DNA of 64,000 nucleotides from the human T2T-CHM13v2.0 reference genome, Homo sapiens, in NCBI RefSeq assembly GCF_009914755.1, contig NC_060927.1; one strand, written 5' to 3'. A program made the position numbers and the translations under genes. This document shows positions 1-12,262 of this stretch, piece by piece; the first letter of the stretch is position 1, and every line of letters starts with the position of its first letter. Below the pieces are notes generated by a model that saw nothing but the letters and a program-made list of their open reading frames with translations, was not told where the DNA came from and searched no databases.

Positions 1-169
<169 letters not shown>

Positions 170-519
170 CAGTAGCTTATTTCCTAGCAATCTGCACTAA
201 AACTCTCATGGCAGCCTCTTAAAGGGCCTCCTTTCTCTTCTGCCTCTTCCACCTTGTACACTAATTCAGCTTAATCTTTTAAAAATAATGTCAGTTCCCT
301 GAACAAACATTTTCCATGGAAAAATATTTAATAGTGTCCCAAATCCTTTACTCTGGCTGGTAAGATTGTGGATGCCTAATATTTTCTTCTTTGTTTCTGT
401 CTCTTCTTATTAACCAGAAAAAAAAAAAAAAAAAACCTTCCACACTTTTCCTTTTTCCATAGTAGTGAGAACAGTTCTGAGATCACTCTCTGGTGGCCCT
501 CCTTGAATTTGTCTTTATT

Positions 520-640
520 GGCTGTGTCACCATGTCACTTACCCTCCCTCGATCCCAGATTATCCACACCTGTAAAATACAGTTCATACAAGGACTGAAT
601 GAGAAAATGCATGTAAAACACCCAACACAGTCCTTAAGCA
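520..640 (+). mobile_element. MIR SINE fragment
   Basis: ctgtaaaat...aatgagaaaatgcatgtaaaac core. Confidence 0.65.
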
Positions 641-1539
641 ATGGAAGCTTGGGTACTGAGAAGTGCCTGTAATACTGGCCTTGTTAAGTATTTGTTAACA
701 GATCAGTGGAACACAATCAACTACTTCTCTCTCATTTCCTAACCCTCTATAACCTAAAACCTTACCCTTGGCCTCAGTTCAGAGTTCACTGTCAGACTGG
801 GTTTTATTTTGGTAGGGTCAGCCTGGCTGTCCTTGTGTTTTCATCTGTCTCTGACTGCATGCTTCCAAGGCCATGGCACTGTCTTCCACACCACATGGGC
901 AAATCCAGGAGTAAAGGCTTCCTAAATTTTGTTAAGGGTGAGAGTGTTGTGCATAGGAGAAACTGACAGCCAGAGACACCCTTGGAAGGCCGTGGCCAGT
1001 TCCACAGGACATGTCCACTTGGGCTGTATGGGGTCTTCAAACCTTTGGACCTCATGCTGGTCAGTACTATGAGCAGCAGCCTCAAAAGGGATAGCTGTGG
1101 ACTATCTATTGGTGCCTTGTCAGTTACTATTTAAAGCAAGTCCTGCAGACCTGGTCTCTGCCTCTAGGATCAGCTCAGGGCAAACAGAGGAGTGGATCAG
1201 ACATCACTTGTGCATTTTCTGGAATGTACAGACATGCCCTCAATAAAGAGTTAGGCATCATAATATGTCCTGGTTCAGTATATTGTTCATATCTGTTTTT
1301 TAATGGTTGAAACTCTAATATCACTTGGTATTGGTTTTCTATTCATGCATGCAAGTGCTCTGCGAAAACTTTATGTATTCATTTGTATGTGAGTATTTGT
1401 AAAAACCTCAATAAAAAGTTATTAGCAATAATGGAAAGAAAAAGTATAAAAATCTTGGATGTGCAGTAAAAGGAGATTTTGACTATTTTCAGACCCACAC
1501 TAGATCTCAAGTCATCAGGATTCCTTGAGGCATCGAGGT

Positions 1540-2213
1540 CACCATTGTCTCTTGCCTAATACAACAGCCTGCTAAGTGGTCTCCCAGACACTACACTTGC
1601 TTTCCTGCAATTCTCCACACAGCAACCAGAGTGATCTGTAAAATAGTCAATTAGGTCACATTATTCCCTTCCTTAAAACTCTTTGATGGACACTTAGTTC
1701 ACTTAGAATAAAATCTCCCCTCTTAACTTTGCCTGCCGGCCCTGCGTGATCTGTCTGCCTCATTGCTTTCTTCAGCCTTCCTTCCTCCCTCTTCTCTCCC
1801 TCTCACCATTCTCAGCCACACTGGCCTTCTTTCTGTTTCTTCAATGCACTCAGCTCCCCTCTACAACGTGCCCCCTCCCCCCAGGCCTTTGCATGTGCTG
1901 GTCCTTCTGCATGGGATGGTCTTCTCTCAGCTGCTCATGAGGGTGGCTCCTTCTCATTTTCACTTTTAGAAAGCCCTTCCCCAACTACCTTCTCTAATGT
2001 AATTCCCCACTCCATGGCTATTCTCCATTGTGGCAAATAAGGATCATACTGTGTAATTATTCTACTTGCTTAATTTGAGTTTTGTTTTCTCCCCCTAGTA
2101 CATTGTTAGATTGTAAACTGCATGGTAACAAGGGCTGTACCTTCCATCCCCAGCATCTAGTACAGTGCCTGGCACTTAGTAGGCACTAAATAAATATTTG
2201 TCAAATCAATGAA
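1540..2213 (+). mobile_element. L2 3' end (L2a-like)
   Basis: acacagcaaccagagtgatc... ending cagtgcctggcacttagtaggcactaaataaatatttg. Confidence 0.85.
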
Positions 2214-3444
2214 GTGTTATATCTTTGTGCACTTAAAATTAATGGTCACTGGAGTCTATTAGGGGACCACTTTCTCTTGCCTTGTGCATATATCTTTTCC
2301 TCAGCGGTAATGATCTCCTTTTATCTGTCAGTAGATGGAGTATATACACTCAAAGATAAGCCTTCTTAGGATAATTCCAGTTGAAATAGCTCATAAATGG
2401 TCCCTGCAAGTATTCTGAGAGTACAGCCAGGAGACGGAAACATAGTCCTCTAGAGTTTCAACTAGAACTAACTTGTAGAGCCTCTTTCAAACAGGAAAGA
2501 AAGAGGAAGGAAGTCTAAATTCTCCAAAAATGGTGAATGATAAAGCCAAGTGAAGGCTACACTTCCTCTCTTAAAAAATCACTACCTCCCACAATTAATT
2601 AGAGAAAAAAAAATCTGATAAAAGTAGACTTGTGGAGGTGGAACAGAGTTGGGGTGAATGAATAGTAAAGGAACTTTCCTCTTAAATATGGGGAAGAAGA
2701 AAAGGAAAATAAACTTAGACACTGGACCAGATAGTCCAAAAAGGAATCCCTTAGCACATACCATATGGAACAATATGAGTTTTAATTCAAGAGGAAAAGG
2801 AGACAGATTTTGGCACTGTTACTTTTCCAGCTCCTTTTACTACCAGCAGATTGATTCCATTTCTTATGCCCTGAGGCTTTTCCTGTTTCCTGTCATGTGA
2901 ACTTAGAAGCATTTTCCTCTACCCACTCCTACTCTTAGCCCTCTCCCCTTCCCTATTTTTTGTTCTTCCTCAAACATCTTCCATCTATGGCCACCTACTG
3001 GAGATACAGAAATATCTCCTAAGATTGTTCTTATTCTACATGCTTGGGGGTAATATTCTAAATGTAACAGGATTAACAGACATTCTGACTTCAAAATCTT
3101 GATGAATGCATTCTCATACTGTTCAGCAATGTGGTACTAGGTGCAGATTTTCCAGGCTAAAGGAAAAAAATCATGAGATCATTTTTATGAAGAGCAGTGC
3201 AAATTCTTTCAAATTCATTCTAAATTCATTGAGCACTAACTAGTCTAATTCCTCTTTTATGTTCCACTAGAAGTTGCAGACTTAGATTTTCTAAATAGCT
3301 TGCAACCCATGTCAACAAGGCATTTTTCTATATGGACATTTTTTTCTGTATGCACAAGTACTATCTATTTTCTCTGCTTACATTTGTTTGATAAAGAATA
3401 GATCTCTATAAATCAGAATCTGAGTTTTCTTTAAATAAACAATT

Positions 3445-3683
3445 ACATATGATACTATAGTGGTAGATACATGTCATTACAAATTTGTCAAAACCCACGG
3501 AATGCATAACACAACCTCAATGTAAACTATGGACTTCGGCTAATAATGTGTCAATATTGATGTTAATAACAGAGGAAACTATGTGTGGGACATATGGAGT
3601 ATATGGCAACTCTGTACTTTCTGCTCAATTTTTCTGTAAATCTAGAACTGCTCCAAAATGTAAGGTCTATTAATTTTTAAAAA
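3445..3683 (+). mobile_element. Old L1 (L1MC-type) 3' UTR fragment
   Basis: tttgtcaaaaccca...gtaaactatggact...ctctgtactttctgctcaatttttctgtaaatcta. Confidence 0.8.
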
Positions 3684-4859
3684 TATGAAAGTTTATAATC
3701 CCTTGGTTTTCAGATATTTGATGATATCAAAGATTGTTTTACTGAACTACTGTGAATAGCCTGAAAACACAGCAACAGTGAACCATAAAGAGGCATGTAA
3801 ACTTCCACTATCTTAATGAGATGCTGATGTAACACTGAAGCCTGGATAACCCTAACTGTGTTTGACACATTCCGTTCTCCATCTTCCCGATTCAAAACCC
3901 TACACGGTATTCAAAGCCCAGTGCAATGCCATCCCCTTTATCAGAACCTCCAACCCTCCACCTGGAAGTAATTTCTGTCACTCCTACACCCTGGTGGTAA
4001 TTTGCTTGAACTTTTCCAGCCTTCACATGTTGTACACAGGCCTCTCCTGTTTCTACCACAAGATGTCTTTAGCTGCTAGAAGATGTTTGGATTGTTCTCC
4101 TTGATTAGCTTGATTTTTCCCCCTAATATTCGCTTCGTTATGGACCCCAGGGGTTGTATGTTGGTAACAATGCCTGGATCATTCCTCTCTAATAACACTG
4201 TCCTTGCCTATCTGCAAGTCTGAATGTTTTGTGATGTTGCATATTCTGCTGTCAGTTTTGCTTGACCACATCTGACCCATTTAGGGATCTTGCCAGAGTC
4301 CTGAACATATAACTTATTGCCTACTGTGTGCCCTGAACTTTCCACTCGAGTTGACCTTTGCAAGCAGTACTTGCTCTAAAAGGGTATCAAAGTCAAACGA
4401 CCAACTTTTAATAATCTAACTACACAAGAACAGGGAGATGTTTCCCAGCCTTAGCGCAGCCATAACCCAAACAACACATTGCTCCATAATGCTCACAATA
4501 AATCCTGTATATTGCATAAAGGATGTTTCCCATTAAGGGCAACCTTACAGCTCTAGCAATGTTTTTTGTCCGTTGAAGGTGAAGGTGTGTATGTGTTTGG
4601 GGTGGAGGTGGCGGTAGGGGAGTTAGTTGATGGGTGAGTAAAGAAAACAGATAAGAGTCTGAGACCAGGGGCTGACCAGAGTACTTAGTAGAACAACATG
4701 GCCAAAATGAAAAAATAAAGTTGTAGAACCCGTACAGGTAATTCTCCTTTGCATTGGCAGCATCAGATCCCTATTGACATGAAATTTGAAATCATTGGTT
4801 AGCAAAACAATTTTGATTTCCCATTGAGTTCTTGGGGAGGGGGTGCAAATAACATTGGT

Positions 4860-5500
4860 GAAGCTGGGCTGCCCGACTCTGCCATCCTCCCATATGGCAG
4901 GTGTGCAGGCCACCTTGGCCTCCTGCGCGTGCTGCTCCTCATGGGCAGCTGCAGTCCGCCCATCGTCTCTGGGGCTGATGGAGAAGTGCTCGCCTCTCTG
5001 GCAGAGGGAGCTTCACTTCTGTTCCATTCATCTCCCTAGCTGCTCAGCAGTTCCTCCTTTTGGAGGCTGCTGTTCCTCTCCTCTTCCGAGGCTTGGGCAT
5101 CCCAGCTGCAGGACCTGGGAGCCCAAGCCCCCAGGCCACGTGAGCCTCGTGCCCCGGTGCACAGCAGCCCCGCTCCTGCCCAGCCGTCAGCGCTCACTTT
5201 CCTCCCAGCTTTTGTTCCGCACCTTTCCTCCCTACAGGTTCTGGCACTGCGCCTTGCTGCTGACTTGTATTTTTTTCTCCATGATACAGGAGGGAGGGTA
5301 ATTAGGAGGAAATCCTGAGAATCTTCAAACTACTGGAAAAAAAAGAAAATGCTGGCGGCGCTATTCATGGAAAGTGGAATTTGGCCTGGCTGTGACCTCC
5401 CCCATGCCTGGCTTAGACTCCTGGTGGAGGAGACAGATGGTGAGGTGAGGAAAGCTGTGTGACCCGATCACTGCCGGCCAGAGCAATCGGCAGGAGCAGT
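4860..5500. promoter_or_regulatory. GC-rich, CpG-retaining unique segment (candidate enhancer/alternative promoter)
   Basis: About 20 CpGs in ~640 bp by hand count in an otherwise CpG-poor intron; E-box CACGTG at 5137-5142. Confidence 0.5.
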
Positions 5501-6949
5501 GAAGAGGAGATCATTTTAAAGCAAACATGGACTTTAGGGCAGGAGAGTAGAAGGGTAAATCTTTATATATTGGAAGCCAAGGCATTTCTGAATGGAATGA
5601 GCTTAGCAGTTTTATTTTAAATTCAGCGCCAAGAGGTAGACAGTGGACTTGCCCAGCATCAAATCTCACATTCAACACTGGGGACAGCTAGCTCAGAATC
5701 TGAAAGGGACAGTCATGGTCCCTTTCTAAGGAAATGTTCCCAGCAGTTAAGTAATCCGATCTGAATTGTGGAATAAATGGTGCTTTGAAATGTGTTTCTC
5801 ATTAATCTTCATTTAAATGTAGACAGCTAAGTGGTTTGGATGTTATTTTGAGAGTGTCTCTTTAACCAAAAATTTATTATTAATGGCAAATATTTTAGGG
5901 CATGGTTGGCTGAATTTTCCTGGGTGTCAAACACATACTGTTTCCTGAAAATCATAAAATGTCCTCCTTCTGTTCCTAACAGAAGTGACATATCCCATTG
6001 TCTTGTTTCCACAATGCTTAACTGTGTTATAACAAATGTCAATGGTGAATTAACTATCCCTTTGAATGTTTCAAATGTGACTTTTAATTAAGCATATTAA
6101 CCTGATATATTATCATTTGAGAAGCAACTAAGATTATATGAATTTTAAACTTTTGGATGCCCGCAGAACATGAAAAGCACTTTATGAGGCTTGCATTAAT
6201 GCATATTTCATTATAATGTAATTCTATATTAGATATTCCATTTATGCATAGAGCCAAAATAGTTTCTGCTCTGTAGTGACGCTGATTTAAATGAGTAAAT
6301 CACAAGGAATCGAGAAATCTTAACTCTTTGTGAATCTCAGCATTATCATGCATATAAAGAAAGTCTTTGTGGGCAGAATCTTACCTTTAGTTAATAGAGT
6401 ACAGCATTTTTTATTCAAGTGGGATGGGGTAAGAGAGGATGGATGAACTATTTCTTCTGTATAACATTAACTGATTAGAGACAATCCTGAGCATTCCCTG
6501 AGCATTTTTCATTTACTCCACATATAGCAGCTGATCAGTTTTGCCACACAGAGCAGTCAATAAGGCTGAAGTACACATGAGAGGGTTATGAGGGGCTGGT
6601 GGGCTGCCTTGCCCACATGGGTAAGGAGAACATGTGCAATATTAATGCATAAAGAAACTCTGGGAGCTAGATGCATGCTACTCTGCAGGGCTGCCTTAAA
6701 GTATCCTGTGTAATATTACTAATAGACCTTTTACAATTTTTATAGCTTCCCGAGTTATTTTTGAGTCAGTGCTAGCATTCAATTATTTCCTGTTGAATAG
6801 GGAACAAAACAGGCCTAAAGACTGAAAGGAAAAGCTGCTGTGGGGAGCGGTCTCTCCAGATGGAAGTTTTCTGGCAGATTGTGATTTGTGACTCAGAATG
6901 AGCCCAGATTACTGTGCCATATGGGTGGCAGCAGTGCCTGTAGACACTA

Positions 6950-7875
6950 TTCAGTTATTCAGTAGGCTCCTCCTGAACTCCTACTATGCGTTGGTTACTT
7001 GCCGGGCACTGGGAAACAAAGATGAGTAAGCGATAGTATCTGCCACCAAGGAGTCCATTCATTTATTCATTCATTCATTTAACCAACATTTACTGAGCAT
7101 CAATGATGTGCATTGTATATTAGGGGAGTTGAGCACGTAAACATAGAGTAAATTACCATATGGTGTGACAAAATCAGTTATAGGAAAAAAATGCTCTGCA
7201 GCTTAGAGGTGGAGAGAGAGAAATTATATTTGGGGCAGTCAGGAATCCTCACAGAAAATGTGACATTCAACATGAATGTTGAAGTAGGATTAGGAAATTA
7301 TTGAGAGGAAAGAAGGACAAGGTCATTCCAGACAATGAGAACAGCATGAGCAAAGTCATGGAGTTAAGGTTTCATGCTTGGGAGGAAAAATAAGAAAATA
7401 AGAAATAGATTGTGGATATAGCTTTTGGCTCATAGGGAGGAAATGCAACTAGAGAAATAACTTATGCAGGATCTTTCATGTCATGTTAGAGTTTGGCATT
7501 ATTCTGAACGTTGGGAATGGAAAATTCCAGAGCTCCCTTCTGTCTATCCTCATGGCAGATATCCCTAAAATGGCATGAATGGTATTCTTTCCTGCTGAGC
7601 CCAGGCCAACCCTTGGAATCTTTCTCTATGTAGGGTTCTAAAAAACCTCAACCAACTTACTGGAACTGGTACAAAGAAGAAGTATATTCACCATCTTGGT
7701 TACAGGCAAAGGAAGCAAAGATTTTTAAATAGGGAAATGACAAGTGTGTGCTGTCATTCTCTATACTGATTTGATTATTGGGAAGACCATTTGAACCGGT
7801 GCACTGGAGAATGAATTAGAGTGGGGAGAATCTTGAATCAGGAAAACCAATAGGAAACTGTTTAATAGTTCAAGT
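6950..7875 (-). mobile_element. L2 fragments
   Basis: attcattcattcatttaaccaacatttactgagc tail and ggaacagcatgagcaaag-type internal sequence. Confidence 0.7.
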
Positions 7876-7876
7876 C

Positions 7877-8027
7877 ATTGGTTCTCAACCTGATGGCCCA
7901 CTAATACATTTGAGATGCTTGTTACAAATGTCAATACCTAGGTTCCACCCTTGATGAATTAATCCAGAATTTAAAACAAAACAAAAGCCAAGTGGTTCAT
8001 TTGTGCCCAAGGGTTGAGATCCACTTG
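7877..8027. mobile_element. hAT-Charlie MITE (MER5A-like)
   Basis: Imperfect TIRs cattggttctcaacc ... ggttgagatccacttg. Confidence 0.7.
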
Positions 8028-8259
8028 TCTGTAAATCTGATCATGGAAACATTTATTTATTAGACAGAAGAGGTTTTATCTCTTTTAATGTATACTTGGA
8101 GAGGCGAGTGGATGACTTTGGGAAGATGGGAAATGATTTGCTTCCATTGGGCCTTTACTCATATAGTACTACTCATAATGGCTGCTTTCTTGATTGTCAT
8201 CTATATCGCTGCTGACTTATCTATAGATATTTAATCCACCATATCAATCATCTGCATAT

Positions 8260-8335
8260 GTATTTTTAATCCCCAATTTACAGATAAGGTAACAAAGTGT
8301 CAGAGACTTTAAGTAACTTGCTTAATGTCATAAGG
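8260..8335 (-). mobile_element. MIR fragment
   Basis: atccccaatttacagataagg...aagtaacttgc. Confidence 0.6.
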
Positions 8336-9804
8336 TAATTGATGCCAACTACAACTGCCAATACATCTACTGTAGTTTTTTAAGGGGAAAACTGATGAGA
8401 ATGTGAATGTTTCTCTCTGGTTCAAAACAAGGTCATCCTTACCCATCAGGAACTGTGCCTTTCATGTTCTGATTGGCTCAAATCCTCACTGTATGCACAT
8501 TGCACAATTGTCCTGCCTATGTGTGCTTTCACGCTTGTGATTTCTGTGAACAAACAGTACCAAGAACCACCACCTCCCACCCCCCACCCAAATCAGAGAC
8601 ATGTTGGCTCACTTTAAATATCCTTTTAAAAACATCCATACAAATTGGATTTCTTTCCCTAATTGTTATTTAGCAAGCAAATAATGCTCCATGGCTGCCT
8701 AATTATTTGGATTGTTTCAGAACTAGTAAGCAGAAAACTAGTACTAGCAATAGTATTCACAGTAAACACTAGGTTCTTACTTTGTCTGAAACTTCTCTTC
8801 TAGAGTCTCTCTATACAACCAAGGCAGCTCTCATAGCCAGCACCCGTGCTATGCATTTAATTCAACAATGTGGGTCTCATTTATAAGCCAGCAGGCTGCT
8901 TCCTGACCTGGGGGATAGACCACGAAGGTTTGGCTTTAGGAGGGGCATGCTACTGCAACCAGGTGAGCCACATGGCTTGCCTAGCAACAAAGAATGCCAA
9001 GAACAGAATGCACAAAGTGAAGAATTCCTAATTTTGAATCCAGTGCTTTCAACTACCAGATTGTATTAATTCCTAGAAATGAAACAAAGTAAGAGATGCT
9101 TTATTTACTGTATTTATTATGGTTTACTCTTTTGGCAAAATCTTATGCATTATGTTAGCTGCTTCTTTTTTACTTATCATTGGAAGGAGACCCTAGAACC
9201 TTGTCTTTCCAGTTGTTTTTTGTGGAGCCCCAGGATTTCTTAGTGGATGAGGGAAACTTCAAGTGGATGTCATGGGGAAGTGAAGGTGAAGTTGCACTCA
9301 GCTCTACAATTTCCATCCCAACTTTGATTAGAATAGTTTTGCTTTTATTAATTTTGTATTTGAAAAAATAATCTGCTACAATTGGTACAAAGAGCACTGC
9401 ACTAGATATAAGAAATCTCTGGGTAAAACATTTGTATATGCCAATCAATTGGAATTCTTGTTGTTTTTAATAATTTGAAAATCCAAAATCCAATTTTGAT
9501 CCTGTACATGTCTGGAAAAACTGGCATGAACATAGCTGAAAAGAGTTGTTATAAAGCCCATGAACTTGTCTCTTAGGAGATGTCTGGATCCGCCTATAGG
9601 TGCTCAGTCATGGCCAGTGGAATTAAAATGGATTTTAAAGATAAGGTCTCTGATTTTACGATCCTGGTCATTAGATTTCAAGAAAGAGCATATATTAGCA
9701 GATGGCTGTTGGAAGCGGACATGCTGAAAAGTGATAGATACCACAAGGGAAGATGTGAGTTAAGACTTAGTCACCCACTGCACTGGAGGGACTATCTCAT
9801 AATG

Positions 9805-10020
9805 AATAGGAGTGTGGACTCTGAAGTCTGATGGATTTTGGTTCATGACCCAATTTGGACCCTTACTTGCTTTGTGATTTTGAGCCTCAGTGTTCTCTTC
9901 TGTAAAACGGGCTTAGTAGCAACCCTTACCTCATAATGTTATTGTGTGTATTAAATGAAATCATGCATGTAAGGTATGTATCAGTTTCTGGAAGACAATA
10001 AAGGCTCAGTAATAATATTC
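9805..10020 (+). mobile_element. MIR
   Basis: gagcctcagtgttctcttctgtaaaacggg...ttaaatgaaatcatgcatgtaag. Confidence 0.8.
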
Positions 10021-10225
10021 TGATTATAAAGTGACCTGAGTCATTTTTTGTTGTAGAAGCCAAAAACTGCTGAGGAAAACAGAGCATTACAACTATATAT
10101 ATTAGCTAACTCATAATGATAGCCCCAACTCATAAAGATATGCCAAGATATGCCTAATGAGAAGACTATGTAATGCATTTCAGAAAACTTTCCAAATAAA
10201 ATCATGTTTAAAGTAACACATTTTA

Positions 10226-12262
10226 AGAAACAAGGCAAGATGCTCATTTTGCCACTGCTATTCAACATAGTACTGGAAGTCCTAGCCAGAGATAATAGGC
10301 ATGAAAAAAAAAAATAGCACCCATATTGGAAAGGAAGAAGTACAATGATCTCTGTTCACAGATGACATAATCTTATATATAGAAAACCCTAAGGATTCCA
10401 CAAAAAATCTGTTAGAGCTAATAAAGGAATTCAGAAAACCTGCAGGATTCAAGATCAACACAAAAAATCAGCTGTGTTTCTATACACTAACAATGAACAC
10501 TCTTAAAAGGAAATTAAGAAAACAATCCCATTTACAATAGCATCATAAAGAATCAAATACTTAGAAATAAACATAACCAAGGAGGAGACTTGTACATTGA
10601 AAAGTACAAAACACTGATTAAAGAAATAAATAGACATTCCATGTTTATGGCTCAGAAGACTTAATATTGTTAAAATGTTTATACTGCCCAAAATGATGTA
10701 TAGATTCAATAACATTCTGGTCAAAATCCCAATGGCATTTTTTACAGAAATAGAAAAAGATTCTAAAATTCACGTGAATCTCAAGGAAACCTGAATATCA
10801 AAACATTCTTGAAAAAGAAGAACAAAGCTAAAGGTTTCGTAATTCTTGATTTCAAAACATATTACAAGGCTATAGTATTCAAAACTGTGTGGTACTGGCA
10901 TAAAAACAGACATTTAGACCAATGGAACAAAACAGAGCACCTAGAAATAAGCTCTTGTATGAGCAAATGATCTTTGATGAGTCAGGATCACACAATGGGG
11001 AAAGGATAGTCTCTTCAACAAATGGTGTTGGAAAACTGAATATCCATATGCAAAAGAACTAATTTGGACCTTTATCTTATGCCATATAGAAAAATCAACT
11101 CAAAATGAATCAAGGACCTAAGTATAAGATCTAAAACTATAAAGCTTTTGGAAGAAAACATAGAGGAAAGCCTTTATGATATTGGACTCAAATGATTTCT
11201 TGGATATAGCATCAAAAGCACAGACAATAAATGCAAAAATAGACAAATGGTACTACATCTTCTACATAAATTTAAAAACTTCTGCACATCAAATGAAACA
11301 GACAACAAAAAAGGCAACCAATGGAATGGAAGAAAATATTTGCAAACCACTGATAATGGAGTAATATTCAGACTATGTTAAAACTTCTACAATTCAACAA
11401 TAACAAAATAACCTTATTGGAAAATGGGCAAAGGGCTTGAATGGGACATTTCTTCAAAGAAGATATGCAAGTTAACAAGCATATGAAAAGATGCTCAATA
11501 TCTCTAATCATCAGGAGACTACATAATGAGATATCACCTCATATACATTAGGATGGCTACTATCATAAAAACAGAAAATAAGTGTTGATGAGGACATGGA
11601 GAAATTGGAATCTTTGTGCACTGTTGGTGAGAATGTAAAAGGGTGCAGCTGCTATGGAAAACAGTAAGTATGTTCCTCAAAAAATTAAAAATAGAACTAC
11701 CATATGATTTAGCAATCCCACTTCTGGGTATATATCCAAAAGAATTGAAAGCAGGAGCTCCAAAAGATATTTGCACACCGGTGTTCACGGCAGCATTATT
11801 CACAATAGCCAAGAAATGGAAGAAGCCCATATGCTCATCAGTGAGTAAATGGATAAAGAAAATGTGGTATGTATAATACATACAATAGGATATTCTTCAG
11901 CTTTAAAAAGGACAGAAATTCTGTCACATGCTACAACATAGATGAAGCTTAAGGACATTATTCTAAATGAAATCAGCCAGTCTCAAAAAGACAAATACTG
12001 CATAATAACCACTTATATGAGCTATTTAAAGTAGTCGAATTAACTGAAAGCAGGTTGGTGGTTGCCAGGGGTTAGGGTAGGGGGAAATGGGGAATTGTTC
12101 AATGGGTATAGAGTTTCAGTTTTACAGGATAAAAAAGTTCTAGAGATCGGTTTTACAACAATGTGAATATAATTGACACTATTGAACTGTATACTTAAAA
12201 ATGCGAAGGTGGTAATTTTTACGTGCTTTTTACTACATTAATATTTAAAAAAATTTTTTAAA
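10226..12262 (+). mobile_element. 5'-truncated L1 (L1MB-type), degenerate ORF2 C-terminus plus 3' UTR
   Basis: ctattcaacatagtactggaagtcctagcc; ORF 11643-11876 ([17 protein letters not shown]...KKMWY) is L1 ORF2 C-terminus; L1MB-type 3' UTR. Confidence 0.92.

Noticed and set aside
4843-5301. 152-aa plus-strand ORF (longest in track)
   Set aside because: No ATG at the listed start, Ser/Pro/Cys/Leu-rich, no recognisable domain; long ORFs arise easily in GC-rich DNA
11176-11881. ORFs with reverse-transcriptase-protein-like peptides
   Set aside because: Frameshifted remnants of L1 ORF2 (and its antisense), not a host gene; the same applies to 47136-47590
12068-12092. G-quadruplex motif GGGGTTAGGGTAGGGGGAAATGGGG
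   Set aside because: Ordinary G-rich tract of an L1 3' UTR; not locus-specific
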